Shown in pieces: positions 1 to 11,780 of a stretch of DNA of 64,000 nucleotides. This DNA comes from Klebsormidium nitens (taxonomy: Eukaryota > Plantae > Klebsormidiophyceae), in assembly GCA_000708835.1 (NCBI GenBank), contig DF237208.1, positions 56,210-120,209 of the forward strand. The letters are read 5' to 3'. How positions within the stretch are numbered: position 1 is the first letter of the stretch; every line of letters starts with the position of its first letter. The notes under the pieces were generated by a model that saw nothing but the letters and a program-made list of their open reading frames with translations, made no database searches and was not told the DNA's origin. The translations under genes and the position numbers were made by a program.

Positions 1-142
1 CGTCTCTTCCAGAGCGTGCTCAATTGAACGTCTTTTGAGAAACAAAGGAGACCAATGTCAAGCGAGCATTGCGGGGGACAATCTTGGGTAATGAGGACGC
101 TTTCAAGAAAAGGAGTCCCGTTTGCGCAAGTCATCGACTCAC

Positions 143-3100
143 CTTTATCTGGTCCAAGGTGATGGCGGCAATGACGGAGCCGTCCCTGTGCAGGACATGC
201 CGGAAGTCCAGCTTGTCACCCTGCAGGAAAAACAATGACGTCAGCTTCTCAAAGCAAGACCGGCGCCTCCCGCTGAAAGTGGAGTCAATGCATTGATCCT
301 TCCCCCTATTACTCGAAGCGCGAGTATTTCAATTTTGGCCCTCTCAACTCCCAGCCAACTTCCCCAACATTGTACAATGACAGATTCAAGGCGCAGATGG
401 GATTAGCTGGACGCAGAATATTGTTAGCAGTCAATCGCAACCAGCATGCTGAAAGCCATTGCTGAGGTAATAAGACCTCCTTCGGGTACACCGATCTCGA
501 CATCCGGACATGACGTATATCAGGTTCATGGTGGATGCACCTCACGGCCTTGCGTTCACAACCAAAATTGAGAGTGAAGGATGGGGACAGCAGAAGAAGG
601 GTCCGCAACAGCCATGTCTACCAGAATAACCTACGAAGTGAAAGAAGAGAGCGGGACAGATGTATTGTACCTCCTTTTGTACGGGAAGATCGCCCGACCT
701 TCGCTGGAACTCGTAGTAGTGCCGGTGCTTCTCCTCGAAGGGCTCCTGCAGAAGTGGACACAAACGACTTCGAGAAAAGCACCTGGTTTTGGTATTTACG
801 AGGCAGCAGAAACTTCTGGAGTTCCTTCGTGTTGACTGGGTCCTGCTGTTCTCACTTCGGTCGCTTGGGCCCGACGAAGCTTCGATCCACCGACGAAGTC
901 CGTTTTCGCATTTCATTCACCTTTTTCGCATCCACTGAAGCAGTGCCACGAACCCAAAACTCTCAACGGAAAACATCCGTTGCCCACAGCTCTCTGGGGC
1001 ACCACTCACCACGCCCTTCTGCAGCTTTGCGTTGCGCATCCCGAAGTTGGCCAGCTTCGTGCACGGCTCGATCTCGAGCTCGGGATCTTCCGTGAGCGAC
1101 ACCCGGATGGTGTCCCCCAGCCCGTCCTACAGCAGCGCAACACCGTGGTTAAAATGCTGGTTAAGAAGTTTTCCACATTTGTAGTCCAAGAAAGGACGGT
1201 GTAACCCTTTATGGTTTGGAAGAGCGGGCTGTAACGCTTTCACTGTCGGAGAGGAGTAGGTGAAGAATCTACGTAGGTTCAGCAGGGTACGGTACAGCCG
1301 TTTGGAAATCTGAAGCGTAGGGTCTGAACGGTTTGACATTTAGCAGAGACAGGTGCACACCGTTTGGAGTGTAGAAGAGAAGGGTACAAACTGTTTGAAA
1401 ATTTCAAGGAAGAGGGCGTAAACCGTTTGGGGTCTAGAAGAATAGAGGGAAGACGGTCTAGAATTTGGGAATCGCCTGAGAGAAGTGATGCTTGTAGCTC
1501 CTGACTTGCACATCGTCTGGCCACCCCTTTCACCTGCATGCCTTTTGACAGAGCTTTGTCCAACCCCTGCACAACTGACATTCCAAGATTTCCCCCAGCC
1601 AACTCTCGATTGATCTCTTCTGGGCTGCAATTCTAACAGACTAGAGTGACAAAGTTTACCTGCAGAAGCGCCCCAATCCCGATCGCCGACTTCATGCGCC
1701 CGTCCTCACCGTCTCCAGCCTCCGTCACGCCTAGATGCAGAGGGTAGTCCCACTTGTTGAGGTACATCTCAGACGCCAATAGCCGGTATGCCTGAGGCAA
1801 GAAGAATATGTTGGTAACTCAATCGAGATTGACGAGTTTTGAGCACGCGTTTGGTGATGCCATCTCAAGAGGACAGTAAAATAAGGGGATCCATCATTGG
1901 GTAGGTCCAAAGCGTATTCGTTTGGGCAGCCACTGATATCCAGCGGGAGGGCTCTGTAAATGGCCTGTGCTTCGTAGAGTGGATTGGAGAGTGCACTTCG
2001 TGACGTTTAGCCGTCCACACAAAAAGTCCGCAGTTTTCTTTCTTAGTCGGATCCTTCAACGGAGGTTGATTGCATGCTCTCCATTCCCTCCGACTGATAT
2101 GGATTTTAATTGTAGCGATTAGTTGGGCAAAGATAATCATGCTCCACCTCCAAAATTGCGAGAACGCCAGTCGGGCCTCACCTCGACCATAACGACTGGG
2201 TTGCTGGCCTTCATCGAGAAGAGGAAGTTGTGGTAGTCCATCTTGCGAGCGATGCGCGCATACTCGAACGCCGACTCCACCATGCCCCGGGGCGTGTCAC
2301 CGTAGTAGTTGAGAATGCGGTCGGAGAGAGACCCGTGGTTGGTGCCAATCCGCATCGCACGGTTCAAGCGCTTGCACTTCTCGACGAGCTTTGAGAATAC
2401 CTGGGGATGGCGACAGACAGTTTCGCAAACCAACATTTGTAACACGTTTGAGGCCCGAATTTCTTCGCCGAATGAAGCTATGCAAGCGCCTTGACCTGAT
2501 TAATGCAAAGGATCGAGACGTGCTCTAATCGATTACAGCCGTACAGACTGCAGACTCAATCGTATCAATAAGGAAAAGAAAACGTGATGAACAAATACTT
2601 CAGCACCACGGCGAGTACGAACCCACGAATTCTCCGCCTGTGTTGCAAGAATGAAAAAGACTGCCGAAAGGGACGCGATACAGAGAGAGACTGTCCAAGA
2701 ATGGTGTACTTACCTTCTCAATGTGCTCCAGCTCTGCTTGGTACTCTGCGTCAGTCCACTCCTGCACCTTAAATTGTGCTCTCGCATCGACTGCAAATCA
2801 CGACGTAACACAGAAAGTCTTACAAGTCAGGTCTTATGTAGCATGCAAGCTGCAACAAAGCATTGGTCACGCAGAGCAAAGCCAAAGAGAGAGGGCAACA
2901 ATTTGATCTTTCAGGTTGACGAAGATGGGTTCAAATTCATGGCGACCCTTAGTTCTTTTGAGGTGTGAGAGACACATTTCCAGCAATAAACATTGGACTC
3001 TGCACACGAGTGAATGGTAACCAGAGTGCAGCCCAAACTCTTCCGGAGAAAGATCTCAAAAGGTGTCTCACCATAGTTGCCGGGATTGATCCGGATCTTG

Positions 3101-5413
3101 TCAAAGCACTCTGCAACCTGGTTGGCGATAGTGGGGGCAAAGTGGATGTCGGCCACGAGAGGGATCTCGTAGCTGGAAAGAAGTGGAACAAAGCACTTTT
3201 GAGTGAAAATCTCCCATAAAAAAATCTCCCATCTCTCATCTCATCTCTCAAAAGCAAATCAACTTGGTCCAACATTCAACCACCAAACTCCGGCCGATTG
3301 AAGCAACTGGGTTGAGGTCGTCAACACTGTGGATTCCCCGCCTGACAGAGAGATTGAGCCTCTACGTACCTCTTCAGAACTAGAAGGACCAGTTTGTCTG
3401 ACCGTTCGATTTTTCCAGGCGGCTGCTGCTACTACTAGTGAAGAGTCCATATGTCGGGCGCCACACTCACTTGTGCTTCAACAAAGTTTCTTTGATTTGC
3501 AAGCATGCGTCCGCTTCCCGCTTCCCCTGGACAGTGATACGGCAGATGTCGGCGCCGTTGTCTGCGATCCTCATGACCTGCGCAGAACGTCACAGAGTCA
3601 AAATCTGGTACCTAAAATCTGGCAGCTAACAAAAGATGATGCTTCTTCTCACGGTTATGACAACTTGCGAAGCTGCAGCCATTAAGGCAGCCCAGAACTA
3701 CCACAATGCTATAAATCCCCTGTCGAAAGCTTCATTCTGCTGACCAACCTCCAAATTGCGAGGGCCAGCAGGCAAGCGGTTGACATCAAACAGAGTCTCT
3801 GTTGCATAACTGATCCCAATTAGACGGACAGGAAAAACAAGATCTTTCGCACTTCCTTTGAACGCAGCTGTTGACCGGTGAAATGCAAGAAGCAATGCAA
3901 TTCTCAGCACTATGTGGGTATCTCACCTGATCAACAGTACCTTTCACGTCCTTGGTATCTGTGGTGGTCATGGTCTGCGTGCGGATTGGATGTTCGCTGC
4001 CGACTGCGATGTTGCCGATCATGATCGTCCGGGTTGGCCGGCGGATTGTTTTATAGATCGACTCGCAGTACGGTTGGCGAGGAGCTGCAGGGATGCAACA
4101 GAAAAACTCGCTCCTACTTTCATCAAGGTAATTTGGTGCAGAACCGAGAAGGTTTCACTGACTGCAGAGAGTACTAATGAAAATCTGCAGGAAGACCTCA
4201 AGAAAGCGTAGCGTAGCTCATGGCTCGAAGGAGAGCAGCGAAATCGAGACTAGAAGCTCAAGGTTTCAGTTGTGATTGCGCGTTCCGATAGTTGTCTTCT
4301 TTCCCAAATCCTATCTGCTAATGGCTACCAAGTAGCCCAGACAGACATTTAGACGGTCCGAACGTTGTTCTTTGTATGTTTCAATTGCCCCCAGCCGTGC
4401 TCTCTTTTCGCTCCCAAGTTCCTGAATTCTTCCACATCGGTGATTTTGTTTAGGGACCAGCACGAGGTGGCACACTCCTAATGCTGTTCTATTGTTTGAG
4501 TCTTGCTTACAATGCCACCTTCTATGAGCGCCTGATAGCAATATCTACGCCGATGATAAGGTCCAACTGCCATTATCCTTCCTTGTGTAGGATGCACGAC
4601 GAACCAGCAACCCCACTAACAAGGTATGGCGGTTTTGGGAGAGCTGTGAGAATGCACTCTAGATGGCGCCGAATACCAAGCTCTAAGTTTTGAAGCTAGG
4701 GTTTGTCAGCTCCCATTAGCAGTAGAGCAACAGGGCAAATTAGGACTTCTAGGGTAAACAATATATCATTTTGGGTACGCTAGCATCTATAGCCTTAAGT
4801 GTTTGGACTTCGGCATTGCACAAGGACAACAAATACAGAGCGATGCCAGAGAAAGCGTTGGCAGTGGAAATGCGGCCACAATCAATCACCGCAGTACGAG
4901 ATGCCTATCTACTAGACGAAGGCAGACAGACGTGCGCCACTGACACGAAGTAGAAGCTAGCGAAAGTTGTTTCAGAGAGCAAATGTCAATGTGAAGGACC
5001 GGCAATGAAGAAAACAGATGGTATGCATTTTCAGATGCCAGAGCGGGATGAAATTATCGTAGACAGCATTGCACGCAGATAGGATGTAGTATAGGCAACA
5101 GGTTGCAAGCACTGGAGTTCATCAATTTCTAGGTTGTATACAACCATGGTTACCTTGTTCCACAAATCAAACAAAATGCCAGCAACTTACCATACATAGT
5201 GGTCGAGTCAGGCGCCTGCACCGCTCCTGCCTGTGCCATCTGAATCCCGCTCTGCTTGGTCCTTCTGCTTGAAGTCAGAACCGGTAACACAAAGCTAGCA
5301 GCATCATTCCCTAAGCATGAAGGAGCATTGTCCACTCTCCGCAGCTGGCAATGAGACGCAGGCACAGCGAGCCTGCTGCTGACAACGCTGATAGCTGCAC
5401 CAGCCGCCATCAT
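143..5413 (-). CDS. ispG: 4-hydroxy-3-methylbut-2-en-1-yl diphosphate synthase (HDS/GcpE, plastid MEP pathway); multi-exon, 3' part lies beyond the window start
   Basis: GT-AG exons joined in frame: 5191-5413 (transit-peptide-like), 3927-4084 ([41 protein letters not shown]), 3471-3577 ([25 protein letters not shown]), 3072-3172 ([11 protein letters not shown]...[10 protein letters not shown]), 2714-2790, 2182-2400 ([31 protein letters not shown]), 1660-1791 ([26 protein letters not shown]), 1010-1126, 671-745 ([24 protein letters not shown]), 143-220 (VLHRDGSV). Motifs match plant HDS as recalled. Confidence 0.97.
1195..1480. repeat. Degenerate intronic minisatellite-like tract (about 50-bp period) in an ispG intron
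   Basis: Recurrent accgtttg/aacggtttg cores followed by agaaga-aggg-like segments, about 5 imperfect copies. Confidence 0.5.
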
Positions 5414-6160
5414 GCGTTCCCTGCGTTTCTTCTTAAAACGGGAGTATGCCGCTCAGTTTTCTGATAAGCGCCCTCAAACAGTAAGCACCCCGCGTGGTGG
5501 GGCTTCCCAAAAGACAAGGAAATTACTCGAAAGCCCTGCACTTCAAGTTGTTGCTGCCAAGAAAGCGGTTCGAGGCTCTACGCTTCTGTGGGCTCTTTTC
5601 ACAGCCCAGAATCTTGTAATCCAGATTCTGCTGCAAGTCCTAGCTGGCACTTTCCTGCGCCGTGATACGCTGAGGCTTCTTGGCTCTTGTACCTGAGATT
5701 GTGACGCAAGGGTTAGGGCGGGTTAGGGTCCTAATCCACAAACGGCTGCAAGAGCCCTCAAATAGGTTAGGTAGCGATCCAGTCAGGTTAGCTCAAAGCG
5801 CATGCTGGATAGGGGACCCCTTGATTGTTGGGTTTCGCTAACCAGAGTCCTCGCTAACCATCTCTTAGCCATGACGGTTCCTACTTAAACTTTGGGTCTC
5901 CTAACCCAAGGGCCAAGGGGCTTGAAAGTTGAGAATGCTGCTGCCAGCCTGCTGCTGCTTTTGCCGATTTCAGGTCTTGGCCCTAGGATATGCATTTCGT
6001 GGTCCTTGTTACTTGAACTTGAAGTTGAAAACAAATTTCTTCGAGCGCCGCATGCTGTTTTTGGTTCAGGAGCTGTCCTTTTTATCACACCCGTTCTGGA
6101 CAGCAAACACCACCTGCCGGGAACTTGGATTTGAAAGCGTTGTAAAAAGAAGTAGTCGCT
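5414..6160. promoter_or_regulatory. Divergent promoter region between ispG and the Sec14 gene
   Basis: Head-to-head start codons about 750 bp apart; two GGTTAGGG telo-box-like motifs at about 5712-5729. Function is inferred from position only. Confidence 0.45.
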
Positions 6161-9100
6161 ATGGGCGATGTTGTGGCAAACGGTGCACAAGTTGGCCCTC
6201 CGAAAGCAGATGCCAACGGCCTTGCAAGGTCAGAAGAGGAGACCGGCTTCAGACCAGACGAGCCGGGAGTCGGAGAGGAGAGCTTTGACGATGCGAGCGA
6301 CTCTTCTCTAGGACAGGAGGTAGAGGCTCTGTTGAGTGAGATGCGGAAAGCGATCACAGATCTGGGGCTGTCGGGAGACGCTTACAAGGGGCCCGATTTG
6401 ATGCGCTTCTTGCGGGCGAGGAGTAACAACGTAAAGAAGGCATCAAAGCTGTTTGTGGATCATGAGGTGAGAACGTCAATCTCTTGCGATGCTCCTTGTC
6501 GTAGACCGACCACATCTTCATACCGTTCAGAGCGAACTTTTGTCAGCTTGTGGGTTTGACACGAGAGACCACTCAGAATCTTAGATCAAATAAAGAAGTA
6601 CTCGCGATTCACTAGGAAGTGGAGAAAAGTAGGGGGATCCCTGCGTGGGAGTTGGTGCAATCCATCAGAGGAAGTCTGTGATTTTTAAGGACAACTGCCA
6701 GGTTATCAACAGATTTTATGAACAGTGATGATATGATAAATCAGATGATGCAGTCTGACATCCTGAAAAGTGCCAGACATGTAGCTTCTGCAGTGAAGCT
6801 GAAGCAAAGGCCTGGCCAGTAAACCTCTTCTGATACGGTGCCTGGCTTGAATCGGCAATGAGACTGAGGGCTTTAAGGAAAAGTGTAAACCCTTGCTAAG
6901 GTCATAATGCTGTGAGCTGGCCGGTTGCTTTGAACCAAAGTGTGGTGGCATTATGTGATGGCAAGTACTTTCATAAGTAGAAGGCGTTTGATACTTCGTC
7001 AGAAACGAAGGGTTTGTTGGAACTTGTATCTTGGAACCTGCATTATGGACTAAATGGAGTCCTGTCGAAGGTTTGGATGCATAATGCACGTATATGACTA
7101 CATTTACCAAGTCTGGCCCAGTTGGCAAGTTGAAGAGGCTTTGCTGTTGCTGAGATCTGCTTACTTAATTCAATTCACAAACGAATTCGGTTGGGATCTC
7201 TGAGTAAGCGGGCTCTGATGATTGTAATCAAGGAGGATATGATTGAAACGTTGGCTTTGACCACACAGCAGACCGTCGGCACAGCTTTTTCGCTTGTCAG
7301 GAAGAGAAACAAACTTGCATCATCTTTTTGCGAACCCGACGACTCCTCGGGGTTGGGCTGATCAGTTGTCACAACGGGACATCCGGCACCGATGAAATAA
7401 AGTGCTGTTCTTAGCTTTCTCCGTCTTTCGCATGTACATCTGTACTTTCCCTTCTCAGCGCTCACCGAAATTTTCTCTTCCTTTCTGCAAGTCCTCATTG
7501 GAAAACATGCAGAATGCTCCACGAGACTGTCTTGACAGTGCCTTTGTCTATACTCCATACGGCATGCAAGGCAAAGATGAGGCAGCTTGTCTACTCACTC
7601 TTGACCCAAGTTTAAGAACTTGACCGCGCTGGGGTCTGATGCTTTGGCACACATTCCCTTTGCAGAACTTTCGCAAGACATTCTGTCCTAAGGGGTACAT
7701 CAGTGAGGACGAGGTCGCAAACGAGCTGGCCGCAAAGAAGGCAACCCTGCAGGGGTTGGACAAGGAGGGTCACCCGCTGTCGATCGGCTGCACAAAGTAC
7801 CACATAGGTCAGATTGGCGTGCACCAAACAACAGCGCTTGCATCCTACCACATGGTACTGACACGTGGCCTTTAATATCTGACAGTTGCATAAAGGGGCA
7901 TTTGCCGTCAATCGGCTCCCCCTTTGGCAAACCTCACCAAGGTGGTATCCTAGACGCTTCTCAGACTGGTCACACAACATTCTACCGTTTGCGATCGCCT
8001 ACGCGTCCATTGTACAGGTTTTGTGACACTTGCTGCGCCTAAAGAACCGGCAGGTTCCTCATACAAACATCAATGGCGCTTTTGCGCTTGAAATCTAAGT
8101 TGCAGAAGACAGGAAGCACGAAATGGATGCCCGACCGTTTGTCAACTTGGTCTCTATGCGGTCTCTCTCAGTGCTCTACCTTCGTGTTTGTTTGCGACTG
8201 ATTCCTGTCTTCTCATGCAGCGGCTAAGAGGGATCTTGAGGAGTTTAAGAGTGAGCAAGCTTCGCTCCAGCCCGCCAGGTTTTGAAGCTACCAAAGTGAC
8301 TTGCATCGGAAGTGCCCCTCTTCTACCTTTTTGCTTGCACTCCTGCACCGTCCGCTGGCTGTCTATAGTCCCTTGCTTTGATGTTCCAAATGTTCACTTG
8401 ATTGTGCTCTTCTTTAATTGGAATGCTTGTGAAGCTGCTGGTGCTTTTTAAGGCATGCCCCAGCGTGCCTCACATGATGGAACTGACCTTTATACACTCG
8501 GTGCAGGGTTCCTTGTGTATTCTTTGGACAAGATTATCGCTGCGTGAGTGTCTCAACCGTTCTGACCTCCCAGATCGTTGGCAATGAATGCAAGAGCTGG
8601 CCTTGTATTTGCATGTACCATCTTAAAACTTGCATGAGCTAAAGTTCTGGTGAATCAGGATTCACACAACCCTGTGAACTTTGAGGGCTTCTTTCATATT
8701 TATTCCGACCCAATAGAGGGCTCCTTTTCTGGAGATATCTCTGAGGACATTGTACTCTAGAAACGATTGATTGGATTGTGTCAGGGGGCTTTGGAACCCA
8801 GCCTCAGAACTGCATGTCAACCAAAACAAGACAAATGCTCTTGCATATGCAGCATGCCCCCCGGCGTGGAGCAATTTGTCTCGTTCCTGGACCTTACGGG
8901 CATCGGTTACTCAAACCTCGACTCGGCCGCCCTCCGTCACATCTTCGATTTCCTTCAGGTGAGGCGAGCATGAACCGCTCCGAAATGCTTTTGCTTTTCC
9001 GTCTTTGTCCGTTCCTTTTTCTCGTCCAGCACTGAGCTCTCGCACTCCGCTTCTTATTACGCATGCGGGGATAGGCTGGGCAGTCGTTGGCCACATTCAA

Positions 9101-10469
9101 CCATGCTTTGTGTGCTGTTTCGATTCCTCGTTTTCCTGTGTCGAGGTATGCTTTCCGGTTCTTCAAGGCCCGATCTTACTCTCACTTCAAAGATTGTTTG
9201 ATGTTTTCCAAGTGTCCCGTGTCGACGACGTGTTTATTGGAGGGCTGCTGTTGTTTCTGACTTACAAGCACAGGAAGAACGAGCATTGACAATCTCCATA
9301 CTCCTGCATAACCACCGCAACTTTCACCCGTTTCCCAAGATAAAACTAGAATTCGCATCAAATGTTAGCTGGGGAGTTTTGGTCAACCCAGCGTGGCAGG
9401 TCAAACCCGCGTCTCTGCAATGTCTGCAAACAATTGCTGGGGAAGTGCCACGTCTCGTGAGTGGATCAGCCGACCACTTTTTGATCGATACGGACCCTAA
9501 TGGCCCCCTTCATCTTCGGCTCGTCCCAACATGTTCGCCCTCCCTTGTCCAGAAATTTTGTAAGTTTGTTTTTGTTTCTGACTTTTTGTTTCTTTGTTTC
9601 GCCATAATGATCTGGTGATTGTTTTCGCAGGGCTACTATCCCGAGAGGCTGTCCAAGCTCTATTTTCTGAACGCTCCCTTCATCTTTGGCACGATCTGGA
9701 AGGTCGTCAGCCCCTTCATCGACGCGAGGACGCGGAAAAAGGTGGGCGCAGAAGCGAGACAGGAAGCCGGAGGTTGTGGGAACGTTTCTGAGAATGATTG
9801 GGCGCGCACAGACACTTTTGGAGCGACGTGGGAAAGCAACCCAACGAAATTGCCGGACCGTATTCTGGGGTCTTTCTGCGCAGCTGTGAAGCTTGAGGTC
9901 CTCTTTGAACTTGCCAAGTAGATCCTTAAACCCGCTGAAAACATTTGACATACGGTTTGCAACACCCCAAAGCTCCTCACAATAAGAAGGCCGGGAGATG
10001 CTCGCTGATGTTAACGAGCAGTGTTGCGTCCAAGAAAAGTAGACGGTCTTCAATGCCTCGCTTTCTTGCAGCTGCCTGCGTTCAGCAGAGGTGTCACCCT
10101 TGATCTTTCAATTGACTCGCATCAAGATGCGATGTTTCTTTGCGGTTGCTGGAAACCTGCATAAGATCAACCTAGAGCCTCAGAATCAGAGTACCCTCAG
10201 GACTCCACAGTAAGTGTCATCACAAGCCTTTCGTTCAGAGTAACTACCTCTCTCTCACCATACCTTCTACCCTTTTGCTGCAGATTATCTTTTGTACAAC
10301 CAAGAATTTGGCGGACACGTTCCTTCCCCACGTCGACCTTAAGATAGTCCCCGCCGAATATGGGGGCAGCGGGTCTTTCATCTACATTCAAGACTATTAC
10401 GTGCCGGGTTATGCTCCGGACGAAGAGAAGCGGGCCAAGCCGACGCAAGCGAGTTCGGTGTCCGTTTAG
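6161..10469 (+). CDS. Sec14/CRAL-TRIO lipid-binding domain protein
   Basis: Exons 6161-6467 (DLMRFLRARSNNVKKA), 7667-7807 (LQGLDKEGHP), 8221-8250 (30 nt), 8507-8543 (37 nt; FLVYSLDKI), 8853-8958 (FLDLTGIGYSNLD), 9631-9741 (YYPERLSKLYFLNAPFIFGTIWKVVSPFIDARTRKK), 10284-10469 (VPAEYGG). Splice phases are consistent. Confidence 0.93.
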
Positions 10470-11780
10470 GCGCAGATTGCGCATCTCGATACATCTTGTA
10501 GAAATTCGTCTGCGGTCGGATGCGGCAAGAGGCCTTTTCTGCGGTCAATGTAGGGAGGGCGACTCTCGAAAGAGAGCATTCATTGCGGGCGAGGTGATCG
10601 AATGCCTGGACGTTTGAAGTCGTCGGCGACCACCTTGGTTTTGGACAGTTCCAAACAATATTTTTGGGTGAGGTACAGTGTTGAGGCAGCCTTGCATGTT
10701 CGACCCGCTAGCCCTAGCTTGATAGGTTGCAGCATCGATTTGATAGGAGGACTGGCAGAGTTCTGCACGCACCGCCTGTATCGTTGACATGATCAGCTGA
10801 GCTGTTTAGCGCGAGCCATGGCAACAACTTCGCTTATCAATAGTTCAACTTTAGGTAATGCGCTCGATCCAACCACGAACGGTACAGTCAGCTTAGTAAG
10901 TATTCACGAGGCAGCGCTGGCCAGGGTACATTCATATTATCCGCCTCAGGGTTGCGGCTCATCAAGCTGTACCTCTCATGTCTAGATTCGCATGGTTGCG
11001 TCTTCGGATGCATGTGAATCCATTATACTGGTGAGTCGAATGCGCCGCGAGGCGCTGCTGGCATCCTGCTTGAGCTGGGCCATGCAGCCGGCCGTCCATC
11101 GGTATAGTGATATTTTGCATTGCATCAGTCAAATGGTAGGCCCCGGCTATGCTTGACGGCCTGCGGTCGAAGGTTGGATGCCAGCCCCTTATGCATAGGC
11201 AGGCCCGCGCTCGCATGTAGTGATCGCGCAGCTCTCTTGTTTAGCTTCTGCATGGCGTAGGCAGGTCAATAAATTCATTGACCTGCACTGGTCGCAAAAT
11301 CGCTATCAAAGAATGCCTATAGATTATCCTACTGATTTTTTGATTTTTAATTGGGCCATAGCTATAGATCAATGTTAGGGGCGAGCACATGTTGGTCTTG
11401 AATTCGAAGAAATAAACATGCAGCTCGTCTTTAGTCCCCCACGGCAGATGATGCGAAAATCTGGCCCCGTCTCGGTGCACTGAGTGCTTCATGGTCTCAA
11501 GCTGCAGTTAGATCCAAGAAGACGGCACAGCCCTGTTAGGGCCCTGTTATTCAGTCTGGTCACGATTCAGGCGCGCGCGAGCGTCAAATTGAAAGACGTT
11601 TCAATTTCACTTTTGGACGTCAGTTCAGCCAATATGTGTAAGGTGGCTACACATCAGTGAGAGAGTGAGACTGCAACCCCGCCGTGGTACATGAATGACA
11701 AGCTCTGACATTTCCTTGTTGATACGTAGATACGCATCTTGGTTATCAGATTTAACATATTCCTCGCTTCCCAGTTCGCC

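Noticed and set aside
6600-7170. AT-richer stretch in Sec14 intron 1 that might be a decayed transposon ORF
   Set aside because: Multiple stops in the plus frames, no recognisable transposase or RT motif in the 140-aa minus ORF, and no terminal repeats seen.
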